DNA of 64,000 nucleotides from a virus, in IMG/VR virus record IMGVR_UViG_3300044632_001278, one strand, 5' to 3'. Positions within the stretch are counted from its first letter, which is position 1. Each line of letters starts with the position of its first letter. The notes below the pieces were generated by a model. That model saw only the letters and a program-made list of their open reading frames with translations. It had not been told where the DNA came from and ran no database searches. Shown here piece by piece: positions 1 to 8,749 of this stretch. Both the position numbers and the translations under genes were made by a program.

Positions 1-780
1 ATTAACAATACAGGTAGCGTTTTGAATTTGTTGACAAGAGATCCTATAGATCCAGATTATTCATCGTTGTATATGGATTATAAGACACTCATAACCACTT
101 ACGAAAAACAATATGTGTGTACTATATTGCCAGGAGAGTTTAATATATCAACGAATCCAACTGCTACAACTTCATCGCTTATAAATTATTGTGTAATTAA
201 TAAGAGCAATTTTAACTTTGAAAATTTGGATATAATTTTAAGATATATAAACTACAAAAATGTGTCACCAGGTTCTGAAAAATGGTATTTAAATATGATT
301 TCAAATGACGTTGAACAAAATATTTTTGGATTTTATACATCATCATATTTAAACTATAATACCAATTTGTTAACTCCTGAATTGAAAAACATATTGGCTG
401 AGAAAAATCTAGACGTTGATAACGATGGAAAAGTAGACATTTACGATGGTAAAATGATGTGGAAATATTTCATCAATAAGTTGAATTTCACAAACTACAA
501 GTCTTTTTTGAATACACTAAGCAATCGTAATAATTACGACGACATTATTAGATTTTTAGATAATCAAACAGGCAAGTCAATTAAAAATTACGTAAAACAA
601 GACTTTTTCAAGTATCAATATAGTTCTTCTATAGATCCAACTGGATCTTATTTGGCACCGTACATAACAACTGTGGGATTGTATAGTGGATGTGATTTGG
701 TTGCGGTTGCTAAATTGGCACAACCAATTAAAAATACTGGGGAAATTCCAATAAATATTTCTGTTAAATGGGACACTTAA
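1..780 (+). CDS. Virion structural (baseplate/tail-associated) protein, 5'-truncated
   Basis: Frame 1 is open from base 1. The C-terminus YITTVGLY...LVAVAKLAQPIK...INISVKWD resembles the tail-collar/baseplate C-terminal motif of large phages. Contains an EF-hand/dockerin-like DVDNDGKVDIYD. Confidence 0.6.
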   Translation: MNNTGSVLNLLTRDPIDPDYSSLYMDYKTLITTYEKQYVCTILPGEFNISTNPTATTSSLINYCVINKSNFNFENLDIILRYINYKNVSPGSEKWYLNMISNDVEQNIFGFYTSSYLNYNTNLLTPELKNILAEKNLDVDNDGKVDIYDGKMMWKYFINKLNFTNYKSFLNTLSNRNNYDDIIRFLDNQTGKSIKNYVKQDFFKYQYSSSIDPTGSYLAPYITTVGLYSGCDLVAVAKLAQPIKNTGEIPINISVKWDT

Positions 781-809
781 TTATATTTATTATAAAATAG
801 AACAAACAT

Positions 810-1118
810 ATGGCAACATCACCAGACGCAAAAGTAATAGACCGTGAATCATTAAAGACAAGCTTAGAAGCTAGATTTCTAGCCAAACAAAAAGCTGGCG
901 GTGCGTTTAATGCATATAAAGCTACAAGATTTATACCTGGAGGTACTATGTTAGATGGACTACAAGGAGAAATGGGTTATTCACAAAAATCTCGCAAATA
1001 TACAGTTAATCCAGGATTTCTTACATCAATCGACAATCAAGAAGCAAATTTTAATACAGAAGCGTTGAATTACTCCGACACTTTGCCAGGATTTAATACG
1101 AAACGATATTTTCGTTGA
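810..1118 (+). CDS. Hypothetical protein
   Basis: 102-aa ORF in operon context; ATATTTAT motif at 783-790 upstream. Confidence 0.6.
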   Translation: MATSPDAKVIDRESLKTSLEARFLAKQKAGGAFNAYKATRFIPGGTMLDGLQGEMGYSQKSRKYTVNPGFLTSIDNQEANFNTEALNYSDTLPGFNTKRYFR

Positions 1119-1130
1119 TATGTATTTTAA

Positions 1131-1643
1131 ATGGTTATATTAGGTTTAGATTCATCCACATCAGTTACAGGTTGGGCGTTTAGTAGAGACGGAAAAGTCT
1201 TGGACGCTGGTTATATTGACACAAAAAAACTCGAAACTACTAAAGAAAAAACCTTTTTTGTTATATCAGAATTGGAAAAAAATCCTTTAATCAAAGATGT
1301 CGCTACTATTAACTTAGAAGCCGCTTTAAGCGGATTTGCGGGTGGATTTACCAGTCAACAAGTCATCATTACATTAGCCAGACATAATGCTGTCTTTGCA
1401 TATATTATTGAAGAACACTTCAAGGTCAAGGTAGAGTTATTATCAGTTAACACTATGCGCAAACAGTTGTTTGGCAAATGTAGAATTAAAGGTGTAAAAT
1501 CCAAAGATTTTGTAAAATCAGAATTAGAATCACTTTGTCCAGATGTAGTTAAGTTTGCGGTTCTTAATAAAAAAGGTAATTGGGACGAAAGAAACGGTGA
1601 TATGTACGATGGTATAGTCTGCTCATTATATAAAAAGTTGTGA
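1131..1643 (+). CDS. ruvC: RuvC-like Holliday junction resolvase
   Basis: RNase H-fold motifs ILGLDSSTSVTGW, internal INLE, and C-terminal DMYDGI acidic residues. Confidence 0.8.
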   Translation: MVILGLDSSTSVTGWAFSRDGKVLDAGYIDTKKLETTKEKTFFVISELEKNPLIKDVATINLEAALSGFAGGFTSQQVIITLARHNAVFAYIIEEHFKVKVELLSVNTMRKQLFGKCRIKGVKSKDFVKSELESLCPDVVKFAVLNKKGNWDERNGDMYDGIVCSLYKKL

Positions 1644-1665
1644 TTTCAAATTTAGGTGTTATACT
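1638..1665 (+). promoter_or_regulatory. Sigma70-type promoter for primase
   Basis: TTGTGA-16 nt-TATACT with extended -10 TG; ATG 7 nt downstream. Confidence 0.55.
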
Positions 1666-1672
1666 AATCTAA

Positions 1673-2584
1673 ATGACTGTAGTTGACACATTATCAAGAT
1701 TATTTAAGCAAAAAATTCACATCCAAAAAGGCGGTGAAGAAATTCTTGTTTTTTGTCCCAGTTGCAGTCATCACAAACGTAAGTTAAACATCAATACAAA
1801 AACTGGATTTTACCAATGTTGGGTATGTGGGTTTAGTGGCAAAAGTTTTCATAGTCTATTAAAAAAGATAAAGGCTCCTAAAGAATATTATGACATTCTG
1901 TGTAAAGATGGACCCAAACGAACCAATGTTGTAGTAAAAGAAGAAAAAAAGATATTAAGTTTGCCTGAAGAGTTTAAACCTTTGTGTAAACCAAATAATG
2001 ATATTGAGTATAAACACGCATTGAGTTACTGTTTAAACCGTAATATATCTACTTTAGATATAGTTAGATATAACATTGGGTATTGTACCAGTGGAAATTT
2101 TATCAATAGAATCATTGTGCCGTCATATGATTGTCAAGGAAAGCTCAACTTTTACTGTGGTAGATCGTTTTACGACGGATATCTTAAATATAGATTGTGT
2201 GATGGTAGCAAAGATATTATAGGATTTGAACTATATACAGATTTTAATCAACCAGTAACTTTGGTAGAAGGTGTGTTTGATGCTATGTCTGTAAAGTATA
2301 ATGTTATTCCTTTGTTTGGCAAAACTTTATCTAAATCACTCAAACTAAAATTGGTAGAAAACAAACCACCCAGAGTAAATGTTTTGTTGGACAACGATGC
2401 ATTGGCATCAAGTTTGAAAATTTGTGAATTTTTAATTGCAAATGATATAACTACATATTTGGTAAGACTTGACGGCAAAGATCCAAATGAATTGGGTCAT
2501 AAAAAAACTTGGCAAACCATAGATAGTTGTGTTAGAATGGATGAAAGCTTGTTGTATAAGTTAAAATTAACAGTTAAATTATGA
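1673..2584 (+). CDS. DNA primase (Zn-binding domain + TOPRIM)
   Basis: CPSC...CWVC zinc ribbon, RIIVP, EGVFDA, LDND and KDPNE TOPRIM motifs. Confidence 0.9.
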   Translation: MTVVDTLSRLFKQKIHIQKGGEEILVFCPSCSHHKRKLNINTKTGFYQCWVCGFSGKSFHSLLKKIKAPKEYYDILCKDGPKRTNVVVKEEKKILSLPEEFKPLCKPNNDIEYKHALSYCLNRNISTLDIVRYNIGYCTSGNFINRIIVPSYDCQGKLNFYCGRSFYDGYLKYRLCDGSKDIIGFELYTDFNQPVTLVEGVFDAMSVKYNVIPLFGKTLSKSLKLKLVENKPPRVNVLLDNDALASSLKICEFLIANDITTYLVRLDGKDPNELGHKKTWQTIDSCVRMDESLLYKLKLTVKL

Positions 2585-5500
2585 TTGTATTAAAAAATAC
2601 AGATAAAAAAATTAATTCGGTGGTGCATATTGCGGATATTCATATTCGTTTAACAAAACGTCATGACGAATATACTTTGGTTTTTGAAAAGCTTTATAAA
2701 GCCCTTGATAAAGCAAAAACACTGGATGCTATCTTGGTTATAGCCGGTGATTTGTTTCATAATAAATCCGATTTAAGTCCTGAATGTGTTAAAATTGGAA
2801 GTGATTTTCTAAAAAATTGCGCAGATAGAGTTCCTGTTATTTTAACGGCTGGCAATCACGATGCTACATTGGCTAATAAATCTAGATTAGATTGTATTAC
2901 ACCAATTGTGGATGCTTTGAATCACCCTAATCTATTTTATCTCAGAAATACAGATGTTTATAGATATGAAAATATTTTGTTTAATAACTTTAGTGTTTTT
3001 GATTGGGATGTCCCTGAAAAATACATTAAGTACGAAAATATCCCATCGAAATATCGTGATGAAACAGACCATCACATTGCTTTGTTTCACGGACCAGTAT
3101 ATAATGCTGTTACTGATGTTGGGTACACTGTTAGTAGCCGATCTGTAACCAATGAAACTTTTGATGGACATCACATTGCTATGCTTGGTGATATTCACAA
3201 ACATCAAATTCTACAAGAATATGATGACAATGAATCTTTGCCAGTTGTTGTATATGCGGGATCGATGATTCAACAAAACCACGGTGAGGAGCTTAAAGGC
3301 CACGGTTTCATTATGTGGGACTTGAAACGTAAATTATTCAAACACTACGAACTAGTAAATGAATATGGGTATTATACGGTGGAAGTTGACAAGGGTCAGT
3401 TGATTACGGATATTTCTAACATCCCAAAGAAATCCACACTACGTGTTATCTGTCGTGAGTCCATTCCTTCACAAGTAAAGGAGATTTTAAATGACATCAA
3501 AACCAAATCTACGTTAATCGAAACCACCTATGTTCGTGCCGACGATGTATCAAAAGATACAATTTTGAACTCTGGAAAAGTGTTTGATGTACATAACATT
3601 TTTGATGTTGACTACCAAAACAAATTGGTAGAAGACACATTGTTATCAAAAAATGTAGATAAGAATCTAATAGAAATGGTCAAGGATCTAAATAAGACCA
3701 TTAATAAAGAAATACCAAAAGATAAAGCTCCAAAGAATATTCGTTGGAAACCAAAGAAATTTGAATTCGACAATATGTTTAGTTATGGCGAAGGCAATAT
3801 AATAGATTTTGCTAAACTAAACGGCACTATCGGACTTTTTGCACCAAATGCTAGTGGTAAATCAAGCATTATGGATGCGCTTGCATTCTGTGTTTTTGAT
3901 AAGTTCAGTAAGGGTTACAAAGCATCACACGTGCTTAATACTCAAAAAATGAGCTTTCGTTGTAAGTTTAATTTTGAGGTAAATGGAGTTGATTATTTTA
4001 TTGAGCGTGAAGGTAAAGCAGACAAGAAAGGCAATGTCAAAGTTGAAGTCAAATTCTACAAAAAAGAAAATGACAAAGAAGTTCCATTGAACGGAGAAGC
4101 TCGTAGAAGCACAAACGATATTATTCGCGACTACGTTGGTACATATGAAGATTTTATTCTTACTGTTTTAAGTGTACAAAACAGTAAAGCTGGGTCTTTT
4201 ATTGATCTTGGACAGACTGAGAGAAAAGATTTATTGTGTCAGTTTATGGGATTGGATGTATTTGATCAATTATATACTATCGCAAATGATAAGTTTAAAG
4301 AAACAAATACTTTATTAAAGAATATAAGTAAAGATCAACTTATTCAAGAGTTGGAAACTGTATCTGGCAGTATAGACTATACTAATTCCAAGATTCAAGA
4401 GTTTAACGAAGAAGTAAAAAATCAAGAATTGTTAAAGGATTCTTATAACAATCTCTTATTAGAATTATCCAATAAAATTACTAAGACTGTAAGTTTTGAT
4501 TTTGATATTGTTAAATTGGAAAGTAACAAAATTGAACTTGAAGGTCAGATTAATGAAACCAATCTTAATATTAAACTTCAAAAAGATAAACTAATTGATG
4601 TAGAAACAAATATTACCAATCTGTCTTCATCCATATCAGACTGCGAAAATATTGATCGTGATTATGATCTTTATAAAGTTGCCAAACAAAATTTTGATAA
4701 CAAGACCAATGAATTAAATAATCTTAAGCTTGTTGTGAAAAATAAAATGGACAAATTGAAAAAGTTGGAAGATCACAAATATGATCCTAACTGTTCATAT
4801 TGCGTAAACAATGTATTCGTAAAAGATGCAATAAAAGTCAAAGCTGAATTGGAGAATGATAAAATCAAAAGCAAGGTTATTGTAGATGAGTATAATACAA
4901 TAAAGTCATCTTTGGAGAGTTATGGCGACATTGAAACAAAATTCAAACGTTGTCAAAAAGTAAATAACGATAAAGTTGCTTTTGAAAAAAGCAAGAGTGT
5001 TATTTCAAATACCATTCTTAAGTTGGAAAATGATCTTATTAAGATTCAAACCAAACTTAAGACTGTAACAGATAACATTTCAACTTTTTATACAAATAAA
5101 GATATTATTGAGAATAATAACAAGTTGATGTCTGACATCAACACTCAGAAAGATTTGATTAAATCTATCGACGTTAATATTAAATCTATTAATTCCAAGC
5201 TTTTTTCCTCATTAACTGAAAAAGGAAAGTTAGAAGTTCAGTATAAAACTGTTACTGAACAATTGCAAAAGGTAAAAGAATTAGAGTCGAGTTATGAAGC
5301 TTACAAACATTATACAAATGTAGTTAGCCGTGATGGAATTCCATATGAAATTATAACCAAGACTCTTCCTGAGATTGAAAAGGAAGTTAATAATATTCTT
5401 CAACAGTTAGTAGATTTTACAGTTACTCTTCAAACTGATGGAAAAAACATTATGACCAATATCGTTTACGAAGACAAACGTTGGCCACTTGAAATGGCAA

Positions 5501-5772
5501 GTGGAATGGAAAAATTCGTAAGTGGACTTGCTATCAGAGTTTCGTTGATTAATATTAGTAATCTACCAAGACCAAATATTATTTGTATTGATGAAGGATT
5601 TGGTTGTGCTGATAGTGATCATTTGGGTCAAATGGGAGCTTTGTTTAATTATTTGAAACATCAATTTGATTTTATCTGGGTGATCAGTCATTTGGATCAA
5701 ATGCGTGATATGGTTGATAACCAAGTGGAAATAAAAAAAGAGAATGGCTTTAGTAAGGTAGTATATATTTAA
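2581..5772 (+). CDS. Fused SbcD/Mre11 nuclease - SbcC/Rad50 ATPase (T4 gp47+gp46-like)
   Basis: Metallophosphoesterase motifs HIADIH, GDLFH, GNHD, GDIH; Walker A APNASGKSS; coiled coil with Zn hook CSYC; signature SGME; Walker B IDEGFG; H-loop ISH. Confidence 0.92.
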   Translation: MIVLKNTDKKINSVVHIADIHIRLTKRHDEYTLVFEKLYKALDKAKTLDAILVIAGDLFHNKSDLSPECVKIGSDFLKNCADRVPVILTAGNHDATLANKSRLDCITPIVDALNHPNLFYLRNTDVYRYENILFNNFSVFDWDVPEKYIKYENIPSKYRDETDHHIALFHGPVYNAVTDVGYTVSSRSVTNETFDGHHIAMLGDIHKHQILQEYDDNESLPVVVYAGSMIQQNHGEELKGHGFIMWDLKRKLFKHYELVNEYGYYTVEVDKGQLITDISNIPKKSTLRVICRESIPSQVKEILNDIKTKSTLIETTYVRADDVSKDTILNSGKVFDVHNIFDVDYQNKLVEDTLLSKNVDKNLIEMVKDLNKTINKEIPKDKAPKNIRWKPKKFEFDNMFSYGEGNIIDFAKLNGTIGLFAPNASGKSSIMDALAFCVFDKFSKGYKASHVLNTQKMSFRCKFNFEVNGVDYFIEREGKADKKGNVKVEVKFYKKENDKEVPLNGEARRSTNDIIRDYVGTYEDFILTVLSVQNSKAGSFIDLGQTERKDLLCQFMGLDVFDQLYTIANDKFKETNTLLKNISKDQLIQELETVSGSIDYTNSKIQEFNEEVKNQELLKDSYNNLLLELSNKITKTVSFDFDIVKLESNKIELEGQINETNLNIKLQKDKLIDVETNITNLSSSISDCENIDRDYDLYKVAKQNFDNKTNELNNLKLVVKNKMDKLKKLEDHKYDPNCSYCVNNVFVKDAIKVKAELENDKIKSKVIVDEYNTIKSSLESYGDIETKFKRCQKVNNDKVAFEKSKSVISNTILKLENDLIKIQTKLKTVTDNISTFYTNKDIIENNNKLMSDINTQKDLIKSIDVNIKSINSKLFSSLTEKGKLEVQYKTVTEQLQKVKELESSYEAYKHYTNVVSRDGIPYEIITKTLPEIEKEVNNILQQLVDFTVTLQTDGKNIMTNIVYEDKRWPLEMASGMEKFVSGLAIRVSLINISNLPRPNIICIDEGFGCADSDHLGQMGALFNYLKHQFDFIWVISHLDQMRDMVDNQVEIKKENGFSKVVYI

Positions 5773-5773
5773 T

Positions 5774-6733
5774 ATGCCTATTATCGACGATATCTATTTG
5801 GAAAAGTTTGGAAAATTAACAATTATTATTACGGATGAAGGTGTGTTTAAAACCATCAATGATTCATCGGTTAATTATGAGTTTATAATAACAATACGAA
5901 GTTTAGATTCCAATCTTATTTCACATATTATGTATCACCACTGTACAGTGGGGCATGATATGTGGACCTATAATTATAACATTTTTTATATAAAAGAAAT
6001 TTTAAATAAAAATCATCCTGGCATTTGCATAGAAATACACGATGTAGACAATACATTATTATTCAGTAAAAATTATCACGGTACTAAAAAATTTAGATGT
6101 TTGGATTTAAAATCTAAACAAGGTGATACAACCTATCCATCTTACCATACATTTTTCTACGATGATTATTTTACATCAAATTTTAATATCAAAGATGGAG
6201 ATGTTGTTTATGATCTGGGAGCTAATATTGGTGCGTTTTCTATTGCGTGTTCTAATTTTGATATCAAACAAATATATGCATTTGAACCACATCCAGAACT
6301 CTCACAGTATCTTAACGATAATTTGAACAGATATGGTAAAAACACAAAAGTGTTTAATAATGCGATTTCAAGTGAATTTAAAAAAGTAAGATTTGGTACC
6401 ACAGAATCTACAGTTGCTTCCAGAATTAGAAACGAAGGTGAATTTGAAGTTGATGCTATTAATTTAGAAAAGTTTGTAATAGATAATAATTTGGAATTGC
6501 CAACTTATTTAAAAATTGATATAGAAGGAGCTGAATATGAGTTTTTTGAAAATACAAGTGACAATTTCTTCAAAAATGTTAGAAGTATATTCTTTGAATT
6601 TCATTGCAATGACGGCGTAAATCTACTTAAAATAATTGATAGATTTAAGAATTTAGGATACAAGTTAAGTCACAAAGATAATGCCTTGGATCATAATCTA
6701 TCACATATGAACACCGTATACTTAAATAAGTAA
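5774..6733 (+). CDS. FkbM-family SAM methyltransferase
   Basis: YDLGANIG, AFEP, LKIDIEGAE and FEFH motifs. Confidence 0.88.
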   Translation: MPIIDDIYLEKFGKLTIIITDEGVFKTINDSSVNYEFIITIRSLDSNLISHIMYHHCTVGHDMWTYNYNIFYIKEILNKNHPGICIEIHDVDNTLLFSKNYHGTKKFRCLDLKSKQGDTTYPSYHTFFYDDYFTSNFNIKDGDVVYDLGANIGAFSIACSNFDIKQIYAFEPHPELSQYLNDNLNRYGKNTKVFNNAISSEFKKVRFGTTESTVASRIRNEGEFEVDAINLEKFVIDNNLELPTYLKIDIEGAEYEFFENTSDNFFKNVRSIFFEFHCNDGVNLLKIIDRFKNLGYKLSHKDNALDHNLSHMNTVYLNK

Positions 6734-6736
6734 ATT

Positions 6737-8749
6737 ATGAAAAAAATATTGTTTATAGCTCCACATCTTTCTACTGGAGGACTACCTCAATTTTTATTGA
6801 AAAAAATACAATCGTTAATTAATGATTATGAAATATATTGTGTAGAATATGATGATATTACTGGTGGAGTTTTAGTTGTTCAAAGAAAGCAGCTTCAGAA
6901 AATTTGCGGTAAGAGGTTTTACACATTATCATCAAATAAATTTGAGTTACTAAAGTTAGTTGACAATATAAAACCTGACATTATTCATTTGGAGGAAATG
7001 CCAGAATACTTTATGGATGTTAACTTGGCTACTAAACTCTATAATAAAGACCGAGAATATCTAATTGTGGAAACTTCGCACGATAGTAGTTTTGATCCAA
7101 GAAGAAAGCGTGTTTTTCCAGATAAATTTACATTCGTAAGTAATTATCAGAAACAAAACGTCGAATCTTTAGGCATAAATACTACAGTTATTGAATATCC
7201 AATTTCTGTGAAGTGTAGAAAAGATAGATCTGAAGGATTGAAATTTTTGGGATTGGATGAAAGTAAAAAACACGTATTACACGTTGGATTGTTTACTCCT
7301 AGAAAAAACCAAAAAGAATTTATAGAATATGCTCGTGCAATGGAAAAAGAACATATTCAATTTCATTGTCTGGGTAATATGGCTGATAACTTCAAAAATT
7401 ATTGGCAACCTCTGTTGGATAATTTACCGAGTAATGTAAAAGTTTGGGGTGAACGCAAAGATGTAGAAAACTTCTACAGTTGTATGGATTTGTTTTTGTT
7501 CACTAGCAGAGGTCACGCAACTGATAAAGAGACAGCACCTATTGTAATTAAAGAGGCTATATCTTATAATATACCATCTCTATTGTACAATTTGCCTGTT
7601 TACCTTGATAGATACAAGGTATTTGAAAATATCAAGTATCTAGACGAAACCAATTTTAATCGTAATGTTAAACTCATAAAGAATCAATTGGGGATGATTT
7701 CAGATTCTGAAATAGAGATTGTTAATATAAAGAAAACTGCAAATAAAAACACGGTGGTTATCATATCAACACATCCCAATTTTAAAGCTGTAGAAGACAC
7801 AACTTTGGAATCAATTAATCAAGCTAAAAAAGCTGGTTATAAAGTGTTGTTGTCATCTCATTATCCTGCTAGTGTTGATTTGCAAAAAGCGGCTGATCAT
7901 TATGTATATGACTCAAACAATCCAATTTTAAAACATAATTTCTATAATAGATGGACATACAACACAGATAATACCAAGATCAATTTATTTTTTCCACCTT
8001 CCGATTGTGATAATTATCACGGTCTTGCTGTATTATTAAACTATTACAATGGCATATCATTGGCAAATAAAATCGGATACAAAAATGCAATTTGCTTCAA
8101 TTATGATATGGTCATTTCAGAATCAGATTTTTCAAAGTTATACGATGTAGATGAAATTCTAATTAATAAGAAAGCATTTTTCTTTTATGATAAGGCCTTA
8201 GAAGGTGACACATTCAAAACAGTATTTCACGGAATTAATACTCAATTTTTCTTGGATAATTTTGATTACTATACGCCAGAAGAATATATGGAATTTGTTA
8301 CCAAGAAAAATATATCAAATGGATTGGAACAATTCTATTATAATAAACTAATATCTAATAAGAGCGATCTTCATATAGATTATACAAACAACGAAGAATC
8401 TTATTTAAGCAATAGTAAAAATAATTTATTCTCAATGGTAGAATATCTATCGGTTCTGAGGATGAAGAATATAAATAAGTTTGGAGTATTAACATACATC
8501 AATAATAAATTAGATGGTCGTATAAATGAGATAATAATAAAAAAGAACGGAGAGGTAGTTAACAATTATTCTTACACGGTATCAGAAAAGGTTTGTTTTT
8601 ATTTAGCAAACGAGTTTGAAAACAATAATTTCTATGAAATTGAAAATAATCTATATGATCAAAATAAAATTTTATTGAGAAGTTATAAAAAGTCATTTAG
8701 AAGATTGGAAGACATAGATATTAACGGTTCTATTGATATTACACAATGA
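6737..8749 (+). CDS. Glycosyltransferase (GT4/GT-B) with extra C-terminal domain
   Basis: HLSTGGLPQ N-terminus, VGLFTPRKNQ, DLFLFTS...ETAPIVIKEA. Confidence 0.82.
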   Translation: MKKILFIAPHLSTGGLPQFLLKKIQSLINDYEIYCVEYDDITGGVLVVQRKQLQKICGKRFYTLSSNKFELLKLVDNIKPDIIHLEEMPEYFMDVNLATKLYNKDREYLIVETSHDSSFDPRRKRVFPDKFTFVSNYQKQNVESLGINTTVIEYPISVKCRKDRSEGLKFLGLDESKKHVLHVGLFTPRKNQKEFIEYARAMEKEHIQFHCLGNMADNFKNYWQPLLDNLPSNVKVWGERKDVENFYSCMDLFLFTSRGHATDKETAPIVIKEAISYNIPSLLYNLPVYLDRYKVFENIKYLDETNFNRNVKLIKNQLGMISDSEIEIVNIKKTANKNTVVIISTHPNFKAVEDTTLESINQAKKAGYKVLLSSHYPASVDLQKAADHYVYDSNNPILKHNFYNRWTYNTDNTKINLFFPPSDCDNYHGLAVLLNYYNGISLANKIGYKNAICFNYDMVISESDFSKLYDVDEILINKKAFFFYDKALEGDTFKTVFHGINTQFFLDNFDYYTPEEYMEFVTKKNISNGLEQFYYNKLISNKSDLHIDYTNNEESYLSNSKNNLFSMVEYLSVLRMKNINKFGVLTYINNKLDGRINEIIIKKNGEVVNNYSYTVSEKVCFYLANEFENNNFYEIENNLYDQNKILLRSYKKSFRRLEDIDINGSIDITQ

